Part shown: positions 1-12,830 of the stretch, in pieces
How positions within the stretch are numbered: position 1 is the first letter of the stretch
Layout: every line of letters starts with the position of its first letter
From: Octopus sinensis
Lineage: Eukaryota
Direction of reading: 5' to 3'
Assembly (NCBI RefSeq): GCF_006345805.1
Contig: NC_043012.1
Location: 58,900,001-58,964,000, forward strand
Length of the DNA: 64,000 bases
Program-made: the position numbers and the translations under genes
Notes under the pieces: model-generated
The model's input: the letters and a program-made list of their open reading frames with translations, nothing else
The model's database searches: none
Told to the model about the DNA's origin: nothing

Positions 1-840
1 GATAGATAGATAGATATACACATATACAGATATATATTAGAAAATCTAACAGCATTTCGATTTCCTAAGAGAATCCTATTGTTTGTACATTGCCCGTAAT
101 TATCAAATTCTTCCTAATGTATGATTTGAATGGACACTAGATTAATTCTTGTCAAAGTGGTCAAGGGAAACATGCCAAAGAGGTGTGCGGCAATACTGAA
201 GAAACTTTAGGAATACAGTTCAAAGTGTTTCGAATAAAAGTCTTCTTTTGAAGAACGAGGCTTTCTCTACGACTGAAAATGTAACAATTTGTTAGAGGCC
301 TCAGCTCCAAAAATGCTTTAGTTGAGCAAATCTATACACAAAGCGTTTTCATTGGAACCATCACGTCTTTTGTATTCAGATATTACGTATCTATGACTGC
401 CTCATTCAATGAGCTCTTCGTACTATAGACAATGCGCAGAGATTTGAAATTGATTTAGCTGTTATAACTAATCGCCGCTCGTATTCCTAAAACTCTTGAT
501 AGCGGTGCTCCAGTATGACCGCAGTCAGATTACTAAGGCATGTAAAAGAATAGAAGATAAGAGAATATATTTTCATTGATTATTTTGTTATATTTGTAGT
601 TAAAATTTTTTATCTTTAGTCACCATTGAAAATTTTCATCTACAGCAGCCAATAACAATACATCTACATAGAAACTGCACTTACTAGTAATAACAGTAAA
701 TCTTCCTTAAATCAGACCATATCATCTTATAATTGTAAAAAAACAGTGGAACTATCACGGATGGAAAGCATCTTTATCGTAGATCTACAGAACTCAGACT
801 TGATCTAGTGTTAAACAACAACATCAACAGTAACAACTGT

Positions 841-1035
841 GGAGGCGCAAATGGCCCAGTGGTTAGGGCAGCGGACTTGCGGTCCTAAGAACGCGGTTTC
901 GATTCCCAGACTGGGCATTGTAAGTGTTTATTGACTAAAAGCACCTAAGCTCCATGAGGCTCCGGCGGAGGGTGTGGTGAACCCCACTGTACTCTTTCAC
1001 CACAACTTTCTCTGACTAATTCTTCCTATTTCTGC
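841..1035 (+). mobile_element. tRNA-headed SINE family C, 3'-truncated
   Basis: GGAGGCGC..TGGCCCAGTGGTTAGG (A box) and GGTTTCGATTCCC (B box). The body matches 17746-18137. Confidence 0.8.
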
Positions 1036-1329
1036 TACAAAGCAGAAGAACCATGGTGTAACCCACTATGGTGTGGTAAACTTTCAGACCCTAATCTAGA
1101 ATGCGAACCCTGTGTACCCCAGGATGGTTCAGCTCTCCACCCGTTAAAAGCCACCGTTTACGGAATGAGGATAACAACGTAGCTTTCGCGCCCATGCAAC
1201 CGCCAAGTCTATCGCGTGCGGTCGGTGGATGTTCAAGATGCCACACGCATTCTTAGTAGCTTAGAGTAGGCTCGAATTAGAGATTATTCTTTGTGGCTAA
1301 TGACGTGAGTCCTGATTGGAAGGACGAGG

Positions 1330-1510
1330 GAGAGGAGGGTGAGAAGAAGAAGAAGAAGAAGAAGAAGAAGAAGGAGGAGAAGAAGAAGAGAAAAAAAGAA
1401 GAAGGAGGAGGAGGTGGAATAGAACGAGAGGAAGAAGAAGAAGGAGGAGGAGGAGGAGAAGAAGAAGAAGAGGAAGAGGAAGAAGAAGAAGAAGAGAAGA
1501 GAAGAAGAGA
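1330..1510. repeat. (GAA/GGA)n polypurine microsatellite
   Basis: Seen directly in the sequence. Confidence 0.95.
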
Positions 1511-1974
1511 AAGCAACAACTTCAATAACATCAAGAACAGCAATAACAACAACGTCGACGACGTCAAAAGCAATAACAACAACATCGTTTGCCTTCGTCG
1601 ACAACATACTACACGGTAGCCCTTGAAACATTCGATAATGCATAGAACTGCATAAAACCCACCCACCCACCCCTACCTCAGCGCTCACCGCAAATTGGAC
1701 TCGCCAGCAGCTTCCTCTTCGTTGAACGGTGTAAGGCACTTTTAGAGAAATCTGAAGATTTCAGTGTAGAAGTCTCTACATTGAGAAGCCATATATGCCG
1801 TTCCATTTAATAGATATTCATCCTGTAGTACATACCATTGAGTTTCGAGTTTCAAATGACTAAATGATATTTCTAGAAGACGACAAAGATTCCCTCTTTG
1901 TCTCCTGTCGCTCTTCCACCACAAACAGCTACGTTGTTCATGAAAAGAACAATCTATACGTACATATATACATG

Positions 1975-2482
1975 CAGGCATACATACATACATACATACA
2001 TACATACAAACATACATACATACATACATACATACATACATACATACATACATAATACAAACATACATACTTACATATACACACATACATAGGTACGTAC
2101 ATACATATATTCGCTTGCATATATATATCTATATACATATATGTACGTATATACTTGTGTGTGAATATAACTCATATATGTAGATATATGTACACTTCAT
2201 TCTCTTATATAAGTGTATATATATATATATATAGCGCGTGTGTGTGTGTGTATGTGTGTTGTGTGGTGTGTATGTATATATATATATATATTATATATAT
2301 ATAGTATATATATATATATATGTATATATTATCTATGTATATATATATATGCATGTATGTATATATCTAATATATATATATATACAGGCCACACACATAT
2401 ATATTTAGATATATACAAAGATAAATAAACGTATAATAGATAGATACGTGGACAGATATATAGATACACAGACAAATGGATG

Positions 2483-2557
<75 letters not shown>

Positions 2558-2580
2558 TATAGATAGATAGAGAGATAGAC

Positions 2581-2653
<73 letters not shown>

Positions 2654-2760
2654 GTAGATAGATAGATAGATAGTAGATAGATAGATAGACAGATAGATAG
2701 ATAGATAGATAGATAGGTAGATAGATAGATAGATAGATAGATAGAGGTAGATAGATAGAT
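1975..2760. repeat. Compound (TACA)n, (TA)n and (AGAT)n microsatellites
   Basis: Seen directly in the sequence. Confidence 0.95.
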
Positions 2761-3598
2761 AGCAGAGGGAGAGTGAGAGTGACAGAGAGACGGAGAGAGA
2801 AAGATACTGAAGTTAGCTCGTGGGGAATTCGAGGAATGTTTATTTGATAAAGTTACCATATAAATAACATGACTTAATACTTCCAGAGTGATTTCCATTT
2901 CAACTTTCATCCATCAGGCGCTTTCAGCAAGCAAATGTACAATGGCGGAATTGTGAGTAGCGTTTTGGCCGTAGACCGTGTATCTCATTAGTATGGATTA
3001 GGCTGATTATGAAAGATAAATAAGAGAGTTTACCATAATCATATGAAGAAGCAAATATTAGGGATCATGTAAGAATCAAGGAAAACTATGCATAATAAGG
3101 ATTAAAATTGATTACGATAATTTAACTCTGATTATGAAATACTATCTTTACTATACATCTTCAGATATGTAAAGAAGAAAGGAAAATACAGATTGTCTGA
3201 CCAGAATTTATGCCATTCAATAAAATGAGAAATACGTACATATATATTTTATTCGAAGTATATATATATATATATATATACCCCACATGTTTTGGATCTA
3301 CTGAATTTATGATCCTCATGAATTTCTTAGTTACTACCGAAAGTGTATATATATATTCCAGTAAAATATAACTGGGTTGCTCGTTTTAGGCCATGGATTA
3401 TTGTCTTAAAAGAAAGTTTATAGCTGCGCCAATGCAAGCAGTGCATAAAGTTATTTTCGTTCGCTGGTGGTTGAGATTTTCGGCAATGTTGTTTTCTCAA
3501 TCTGTACATATTCACCTTATGGTCGAAAATAGTTTGAAAACATAAAGAAAACATAAAGAGATGATGGTTACACTGTTTTTTACACCAACAAACAACAT

Positions 3599-3644
<46 letters not shown>

Positions 3645-3749
3645 CATATATACATACATATATATGCATACACACCCACACACATATATATGCATTTATT
3701 ATGTGTGTATACATACACACATAGGTATATATTTCTACTTCCCTCTAAC

Positions 3750-3811
<62 letters not shown>

Positions 3812-4370
3812 ATATACATATGTATGCACATGTGTATATCTGTATATATATACAGGCATATATACATGTATATGTATCTCTGTATATACACATATACTCT
3901 CTCACTGATACACACACACACACACAAACAAACACACACACATAAATATATATGGACAGAAAGGTTCTCAAATCACGTATGATATGATAGTACTTAAAGT
4001 GAAATACTGCTGGAAATCAATAAAATATTTGGGTAGATATTTCCTGATCAACAAGAATTTATTCATGTCAAGAATTCTCGGACCATTTTCAACAATGTCT
4101 GCTTTTCTTTGATGAAACATAATCCTATGTGACGGAAAGGAAATATAATCAGGACGGAAAAAACGCTTCCTGACTACTCCACCGAAATACCAAATGCAGA
4201 GCTTTTGCTTTGTTCGCAACTAATCTAATTTCCAAGTTATTTCGAAGAAAGTTGACTGAGTTTTTGTCATATCTTATTTATCAATTTAGTAAATACGAAA
4301 GAGATTAAAGAATTTAGTTTGTTGTCTTCAGGAATTTTCAGTCAGTTAGTCTACGTTTGGGTTATCTCTC

Positions 4371-4427
<57 letters not shown>

Positions 4428-4777
4428 ATATTGCCTTATATGTATGTAGGGAGATATTTCAATATGGAGGCAAGACATACGATACGTTGCACGAATTCAC
4501 GTCACTCACAAATCCATGGTGGAATCCATTTTTGTTATCGTTCTACGTCGAGCTACATACTCTTTCGATCCATCAACATACTTAACAACCTAACCTGCCT
4601 GCCGTCATTACCATCATTGGAGCAAAGCTTCCGACAGTCATGTCTATTATCTGTCTATCTAAAGTATTTGTCCGATTGTATATATACATATATTCATACA
4701 TACACACATCTATACACACGCGCAAACATGTACTTATATATACATATACGTAAATATATATATACACACACACACAC

Positions 4778-4813
<36 letters not shown>

Positions 4814-5484
4814 CTATAATATATATGTGCGTGTATGTATGTATGTATGTGTTACTCTGTGTGTACGGATGAATGGACGGATGTATACACGTGCGTGTTT
4901 ACATACAGAAACATACGTCTTTGTCCAAATGCTTCACAAATTTGTTTTGCAATCACGTGGTTCCAGGTTCGTGCTCCTTGCCTGGTATATTCGAAAAGTG
5001 TAATTTCCCCTCGTAGGATCGATCTACCGATAAAATTTGACTGAATTTGTTCAGATGGAAAGTAATATAGAATCCCATCGGGGGACGCGCGCTAGCATGC
5101 GTACACACGCATTCGTGTATACATATATCTTGATATTTTCGCAGATGGCTGGTATGTAATTGTACATTTGTTGACATGTATTGTGTACTGTGAGTAAAAA
5201 CAAATCCTGATGAGAGATGTGTCAGTTTCGAAAATATGAAATGTATTATATTAATTGACGCGTGTCCGCCAATTTTCAAAGATGAAAATCTTTGTATTTT
5301 TTTCTATATTTTTTCTGGAGTTTAAATACGTCATTTTAATAGGTCCATTTTATGTTTTATTATCCCAAATTTTTATTTTACCAATGTTTTATAACTTTAA
5401 GCGTAAATTCCCTGTGTTTTCTATGTAACACTGATTCTTATATATTTATATATATTATATGATTTTTACCTATTAATATCTTTA

Positions 5485-5899
5485 CATTTTACTTGTTTCA
5501 CTCATTTGACTGCAGCCATGCTGGAGCACCGCCTTTAGTCGAGCAAATCGACCCCGGAACTTATTCTTTGTAAGTCCAGTACTTATTCTATCGGTCTCTT
5601 TTGCCCAACCGCTAAGCGACGGGGACGTAAACACACCAGCATCGGTTGTCAATCAATGCTAGGGGGACAAACACAGACACTCAAACACATACACACACAC
5701 ATACACACACACACACATATATATATATATACATACATATATACGACAGGCTTCTTTCAGTATCCGTCTACCAAATCCACTCACAAGGAATTGGTCGGCC
5801 CGGGGCTATAGCAGAAGACACTTGCCCAAGATGCCACGCAGTGGGACTGAACCAGTAACCATGTGGCTGGTTAGCAAGCTACTTACCACACAGCCCCTC
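5485..5899 (-). mobile_element. tRNA-headed SINE family A (~420 bp, internal TA/TG microsatellite, GAGTAAAA-like tail)
   Basis: Matches the other family A copies in the window (GGCTGTGTGGTAAGTAGCTTGC...GGAGCACCGCC...CAAATGACTGAAACAAGTAAAAG). Confidence 0.85.
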
Positions 5900-6740
5900 T
5901 AGAAATATATTATTATATTTATATATGTCGGATTTTATATCCGTTCTGTAGATATAAATGAATATATGAATATATGCATGTATTTGATCTTTGTGTGTGG
6001 ATCTTAGTAATGTTCCTTTAGTTCCTGCTTGCATTGCCTCCGCTCAAATTTAAAAGTGGAATAAAGCTCATTTGAAGCACTACAGCTCCAATCTGTATTA
6101 TATTTTGAGTATTGTTATTACTAGCTATCTCAAGATGTAACTGTGTATTTTATATCTTAATTATACATATACACATACATAAATATAGACATGCGTATAT
6201 GTGTGTTTGCGTGAGTGTGCGTATGTATATAAGTATTGATTAATGTATGATCTTTATCTTGATCAACAGATGAGTGTATATATGAGTGTGTTTTTGCATA
6301 CAGAAACATATGTCTTTGTCCAAATGGATCGCCAAATTTATTTTGTTCCCATGTGGTCCCAGATTCGCTCATTACACCTGTTATACTGGACAACTGTAAT
6401 TTCCTCTCGTATAAGAGCGACCTGTAAAAAGTGTAGAATCTCATCGAGTTCAATGTACTTGTCATTCAAGCTGAAACATTCCGTCATTCGATTGTGGTCT
6501 TGCTGATTCTTCCTAGGAATAACGTCAAGTGTAGATGCGTCTGAAGAATGCACAGCTAATACCACCTTAATTTAAGGGGAGGTAATCCACCGATTACTCT
6601 ACCAAATCCTCGTCGCCGAGAAATGGAGATCCGTCCCCTACATCAATGCCACAAAAAACACAAGCAAGCACAACAACACAACACAAATAACCACAAACAT
6701 ACACACACACAGACACACACACACACACTTGTGTATGTAT

Positions 6741-7270
6741 ATAAAACATATAACGACAGATAGAGTGTGGTTCACTACAGCTGTTTCAGACGTGTTCTTG
6801 TATTAATGAACAGAAGTGTTCCACTCTCTCACCGAATTTGGGTTGGCAGAGTTAAATGGCAATATATGTAGACGGCGAGCGGGCAGAGACGCAAGCACGC
6901 CGGGCGTTATGCTGAGCGGTATTTCGTCTCTCTTTACGTTCTGAGTTCAAATTCCACCAAGGTCGACCTTGCCTTTCATCCTTTCAGGGTCGATAAATTA
7001 AGCACCAGGTGCGTACTGGGGGCGATCTAATCGACTGGACCCCTACTCCCCAAAATTTCGGGCCTTGTGCCTACGGTAGAAAAATAATATATGCAGGCTC
7101 TTGGGATGTTCAAAACCTTTCCTTCTTACGTGTATTTACCTGATGTATTCACGTGTATTTACCTTATGTGTACTTAACTGGGGTTTTTTGCATGATGTAA
7201 CACTTCTGTTAATCAATAAAAAAAGACGTCTGAAACAGCCGTACTGACCCACAATCTGTTATTTTTTTAT
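6741..7270. mobile_element. Composite element: ~75-bp diverged inverted repeats enclosing a SINE
   Basis: 6741-6819 is roughly the reverse complement of 7200-7270 (shared core CTGTTTCAGACG...AACAGAAGTGT). The left arm plus spacer plus SINE junction recurs at ~58030-58325. Confidence 0.6.
6871..7085 (+). mobile_element. SINE family B (conserved CCTTTCATCCTTTCGGGGTCGATAAA(A/T)TAAGTACCAG domain)
   Basis: The head G(A/G)CGGCGAGC and conserved central domain are shared by many copies. Confidence 0.8.
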
Positions 7271-7561
7271 CCTTTATTTAACTGAGAACCTGCAATTCCT
7301 TTCGATCAAGACTACATCCAATGCTATGCAATAGTAGCAGTGAGTGTGTCCACATGTGATCTTAACGACTCGTTGTGTACTCGGCCATTTGATGGATGTA
7401 TGCTCTACAGGAGTACAAATGGGTGTTTACTTTAGTAAGTACGTAATTAGCCTTAAATATCGTTTATTCATGATAGCACTATCACCGACCTGACGTTTGT
7501 ACTTTCTTATTTAAGCCTTGATTCTCCAGAATCCTACAAAGTTCAAAATTGTGTGTATTGA

Positions 7562-7941
7562 GGCGCAGGAGCGGCTGTGTGGTAAGTAGCTTGCTTACCA
7601 ACCACATAGTTCCGGGTTCAATTCCACTGCGTGGCACCTTTGGCAAATGTCTTCTGCTATAGCCTCGGACAGACCAAAGCCTTGTGAGTGGATTTGGTAG
7701 ACGGAAACTGAAAGAAGCTTGTCGTATATATGTATATGTACATATGTGTGTGTGTGTGTTTGTGTGCCTATGTTTAATTCCACAACATCGCTTGAAAACT
7801 GATGGTAGTGTGTTTACGTCCCCGTCACTTAGCGGTTCGGTAAGAGAGACTGATAGTATAAGTACTAGGCTTGCAAAGAATAAGTCCTGGTGTCGATTTT
7901 CTCGACTACATGTGGTGCTCCTGCATGCGACAGTCACATGA
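7562..7941 (+). mobile_element. SINE family A
   Basis: Starts GGCGCAGGAGCGGCTGTGTGGTAAG. The 3' end is degenerate. Confidence 0.85.
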
Positions 7942-7964
7942 CAACAGTCACATGCTACGGTCAC

Positions 7965-8220
7965 ACCTGCATCGGTTGTCAAACAATGTTGGGGGGACAA
8001 ACACAGACACTCAAACACACGCACACACACACACACACACATATATATATACATACATACGACGGGCTTCTTTCAGTTTCCGTCTACCAAGTCCACTCAC
8101 AAGGCTTTGGTCGGCCTGAGGCTATAGTAGAAGACACTTTCCCAAGGTGCCACGCTGTGGGTCTGAACCGGGAACCATGTGGTTCGTAAGCAAGCTACTT
8201 ACCTCACAGCCACTCCTCCT
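7965..8220 (-). mobile_element. SINE family A, 3'-truncated, inverted relative to the neighbouring copy
   Basis: Reverse complement of the family A head and middle. Confidence 0.85.
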
Positions 8221-9032
8221 CATTGAGCAATATTGCTGTACACCCTTGTATTTTACTCAGTTGTAAATTTGCGCATAGAGACCAACTGAAAGAGTTTGAA
8301 GCAACAAGTCAACAACAGCTATTTGTTGAAAGTGCTGTCATTTACGTAATCGTTGATTTCCCCAGAATATTCTCTCGAATTTTGGCGCCGTATTTCGCCC
8401 TTTCAATGCTCTTCGTTGCTCGTCATTTATTCCAACAAGATATATCGATAGGAAAAATGTAAATTTATTTGGTGTATATCGAAACAATCGATTTTATTCG
8501 TAATCTCGTCTATTATGAAATTTGTGTTGAAAATATCGATAAAAACCTAAGCAATCTATTTCGAATAGATACAACGAGAAAGATAGATATATTTCCAAAG
8601 CGAGATATATTTTACTTCTTCTTCTTCTTCTTCTTCTTTTTTGTTTGTTTGTGTGTTTGTGGAGATGGAGAACGATGGAGCATTGATGTGTGCGTGCGCG
8701 CGTGTGTGTCTATATACTATAATGAGACTACAAAGGAAAAGAGCGGAGACACGTCATAGCAAAACACTGATTGCTGATTATACCATGAGCACTTTCATGT
8801 GGAGGCTATATTGCGTTTTTAAAGCTAAATTCATTCCATAAAGACTCTTTGTAGATTTGACCTTACAATGATTATCAATACACGCAAATATATGTATGTA
8901 TATATATATACATCAGTGGCATACATACGTATACATATTGTGCACATAGGCATAATATATGTATATATTATGTAATATATATATATATACATATATATAT
9001 GCTATATATATATATATATATATATAATATAT

Positions 9033-9078
<46 letters not shown>

Positions 9079-9098
9079 ATATATGGATAGATAGATAC

Positions 9099-9158
<60 letters not shown>

Positions 9159-10225
9159 TACATATAATATATATATATTTATATATCATATAAGTTGGGT
9201 AGATAGGCATGTAGATAGTTAGGTATGCACATGTGTATAACAACGAGAGTGCGATAAGGTGTATACATTGATGCATGTGTATATGTATGTACGCCGCTGA
9301 GGTATGTAAGATGGCAAGGTTTGTCCGCTGCTGTGGTTCCATGCTTCTATGTGCTCCACATTTAACGCAAATGAATGAAAGAAAAAGTAGAAAAAGGAAG
9401 CGATATCGCCAGGTCCAGGATCCGTAATAACAGTAGCGATGACAGCTCCAATGAAAGATACATCAGAGTCGTGGACATAACCAGCACTCAAGTTTGGAGA
9501 TATATCAGGTCGGAGTGGACTGCTTTAAAGTGCTTCCTGTGCAACCACAGGTCCTCTTTTAAAGCTCATTCACGTCCTTGGTCAGGCAGGTTTTTTAAAT
9601 GTGGAGCACATTGAACCCCATACAAAATGAAATGGTGGATCATAGAGCAGGTGAGGTCCCATATAAACGAGAGCAGACGATGGAAGCGTTGCATAATAGA
9701 GCTGGCAAAGATCGTTAAAGACTCGCTCGTCCCGGATCCCACTTAAACTCAAGGCATGAGATCTATAGTCCGAGCCCCCAATCGTTGGTCGATTAGAGCT
9801 GGAGAAAGTTCTTTCAGACCGAAAGCAGCCTAAGGGCGAAGATTCCCTGTTTGCCTTTAAGGTCCATAAGATTTGCCAACCGAACCGGCCTAAGGAAGAT
9901 AACTTATCCTATTTGAAGCTCAAACAGTGGATATTATATTTTGATTAGGAATTAACTAACCGTAACTGTTTTCTACATCCTGTTTGAAGAGAAGTTGCAT
10001 GCTCTCCGCCATTAGAGTGTGAGGAGTCGTCTATAACGCTCAGAACTTTATGGATGTGAAAGCATTAACCGCTCTATGATCGGATTTATATTTAACTTCA
10101 TATAAATACATTATTACTGTAACCTTCAGAGTGTGTTTCTTTTTCGGATATATGATCCACTGACGACATACATATTTGCGTGCGTGTGTGTGTTTAAATA
10201 TATATATATATTATATATATATTAC

Positions 10226-10297
<72 letters not shown>

Positions 10298-10299
10298 TA

Positions 10300-10498
10300 C
10301 CGGAGTAAACACATAAATGTGAAACAAGGTGGAAAAAGAGTACTCAAATACCAGTGGTAGAGTAATATGCTTTATTTAAAGCAGCAGAAAATTCAGCAAA
10401 AGCTGTTACTCTGAGTTTCCCGTTGCCGTTCATCGGACGTTTCAACGGGAAACTCAGAGTAACAGGTTTTGTTGAATTTTCTGCTGCTTTAAATAAAG
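10300..10498. mobile_element. Small inverted-repeat element in (TA)n with a 56-bp hairpin and a hammerhead-like motif
   Basis: Arms 10370-10425 and 10443-10498 differ at 2 positions around a 17-nt loop. The 5' leader (CACATAAATG.GAAACAA...GGTAGAGTAATATGCTTTATT) is shared with the copy at 24300. Confidence 0.75.
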
Positions 10499-10499
10499 T

Positions 10500-10539
<40 letters not shown>

Positions 10540-10578
10540 TATATATATATACATACATATATATATATATATATATAA

Positions 10579-10623
<45 letters not shown>

Positions 10624-11530
10624 ATGTGTGTGTGTGTATATATATATATATTAAATATATGTATATATACACACATGTTTGATTATATACATACACACAC
10701 ACATATCTATCATGGTATCACGCTATTTACTAAACTATCGGATGCTGTTATACATCGATGGCCACAATGCGCTTCACTTGCTTTTTGCCCTTCGTATGAG
10801 AAAGAATATCCCGTTACCAAGGTGATCAAGCCAATATTTCCCTGTGGTCGTCGCAGGGTTAGGCATTTACAACTGAGCAGACTCGAGCAATGTGGAATGA
10901 AGTTCTGCTCAAACATTCAGCTTACTGACTTGTCCGTGGAGCGAACCAACGATCTACCAATCGAGAGTCCAACACCCTAACCGCATGGCCGATTATGTTG
11001 TATGAAGAACAATTATTGCTCTTTTTCGAGAAAAGTACACTAATTTGTGATTAATACTGGAATATAATATATTATTTAGAAATATTGTATATTTATATGA
11101 TGCATATATCACTGGCATACATTTACATTATAAAGGCAGATTAATTTCATAATGAGTAAAAAAGCGTTGTACACAAATTTCAATTGTGTTAGAAAATTTT
11201 GCTTATAAATACATCTGGAAAGTTTGCCGATAGGTCGTTTCTAATTTGGTTAGTTGATAATTGAATACGATATTCGACAGGATTATTACATTTAAATTTA
11301 AAATTAAAATTTCGAAGCAGTAAGTAGCCCAAATTAAAAAAGAAAAATAAACAATTTTTACGTGCTGTTCCAAATAATAGTGTAAACTGTTACATGTAGT
11401 TCAATGAGATATCGTTGTATACTGAAAAACTAATTTTAATTGTCTCTGGAATATAAATTTGCATTATTCATTGCCTTGCACTATTAGTAGCATAAAATAT
11501 AATGCTAATATATTAAGCATACGAAATTAG

Positions 11531-12041
11531 GGCGGCAGGTTGGGAGAATTGTTAACACAGCAGACATAATGCTTTTTGTCCGTCTTCATGTTTAAATTCT
11601 TGTGTTCAAATTCCCCTTTCATCGTTTCGAGGGTCTATAAAATAAGTACCAGTTGAACACTGGGGTGGATATAATTGTTTTACCCCCTCATCCGAAATTG
11701 CTGGCCATGTACCACAATTTGAAATCATTATATTATGAATATGAAATTATGGCGGCGAGCTAGCAGAGCCGTTAGCCCGCTGGGTAAAATGTTTTATAGC
11801 CTTTTTTCTATACTCTTTACTGTTTACTCTTTTACTTGTTTCAGTCATTTGACTGCGGCCATGCTGAAGCACCGCCTTTAGTCGAGCAAATCGAACCCAG
11901 AACTTATTCTTTGTAAGCCTGGTACTTATTCTATCGGTCTCTTTTGACGAACCGCTAAGTTACGGGGACGTAAACACACCAGCATCAGTTGTCAAGCAAT
12001 ATTGGGGGGGAACGAACACAGACACACAACCATATACACAC

Positions 12042-12087
<46 letters not shown>

Positions 12088-12830
12088 ACATGTATATATA
12101 TATATACATATACGACGGGCTTCTTTTCGTTTCCGTCTACCAAATCCACTTACAAGGGTTTTGTCGATCCGAGGCTATAGTAGAAAACACTTGCCCAAAG
12201 TGCCACGCAGTGGGACTGAACCCGGAACCATGTTGTTGGTAAGCAAGCTACTTACCACACAACCACTCCTATCTATAAGTTTTGAGTTCAAATTCCACTG
12301 AAGTCGACTTTTTCATCTTTCGAGGTCGATAAAATCAGTACCAGATGAGCACTGGGGTCGATGTAATCGATTTACGTTATCCCTCAAATTTGTTGGTCGT
12401 GTACCAATATTCCAAGCATATTTATATTATGCATATGAGGTTGCGAAATGGCGGAGTCTTTACCGCACAGAAATTATGCTTAGCGGCATTTCTTCCGAAA
12501 TTTCGTTCTTAGTTAAAATGTTTTATCTTTCTTCCATTTGGGGGTCGATAAAATAAGTACCAGTTGAAGAACGAGGGCTGATGTATTCGATTTCCCCCTC
12601 TCCTTTGCTGGTCTTGTGGCAAAATTTGAAACCAATGGCGACGGGCTTGGCACAATGCTTAGCACGCCGGTCAATGTGCTTAGCGGCATTTCGCGTTCGA
12701 ATTCCGCCGATGTTGACCTTGCTTTTCATCCGTTTCAGAGTCAATAAAATAAGTACCAGTTGAATACTGGAGTCGATCTAACAGACTTATCCCTCGACCG
12801 ACGATACCTACCTTGTATCAAATTTGAAAC
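11531..12830 (+). mobile_element. Cluster of four head-to-tail family B SINE copies (one interrupted by a family A copy)
   Basis: The central GTC(G/T)ATAAAATAAGTACCAG-type domain recurs at ~11635, 12325, 12545 and 12740. Confidence 0.7.
11811..12270 (-). mobile_element. SINE family A nested inside a family B SINE
   Basis: The family B head (11750-11810) and body (12271-12420) are split by this copy. TCTATA occurs at both junctions and may be a TSD. Confidence 0.85.

Noticed and set aside
841-915. tRNA-like sequences at SINE heads (also ~18060-18136, 62960-63027, 7562-7630)
   Set aside because: They have A and B boxes but no acceptor stem, and they continue into SINE bodies. They are not tRNA genes.
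1298-1322. TGACGT + CTGATTGG (CRE/CCAAT-like pair)
   Set aside because: A single short motif pair with no identified gene or TSS nearby is expected by chance.
1690-1935. Possible minus-strand exons (AG...GTATGT at ~1930-1837; GTGAGC donor at ~1689)
   Set aside because: Splice-like signals are common, I recognise no protein motif, and there is no supporting partner exon.
5200-5255. CTGATGA...GAAA hammerhead-like match
   Set aside because: Stems II and III are possible, but the closing pair of stem I is C-U with only 3 pairs behind it. This is compatible with chance in AT-rich DNA.
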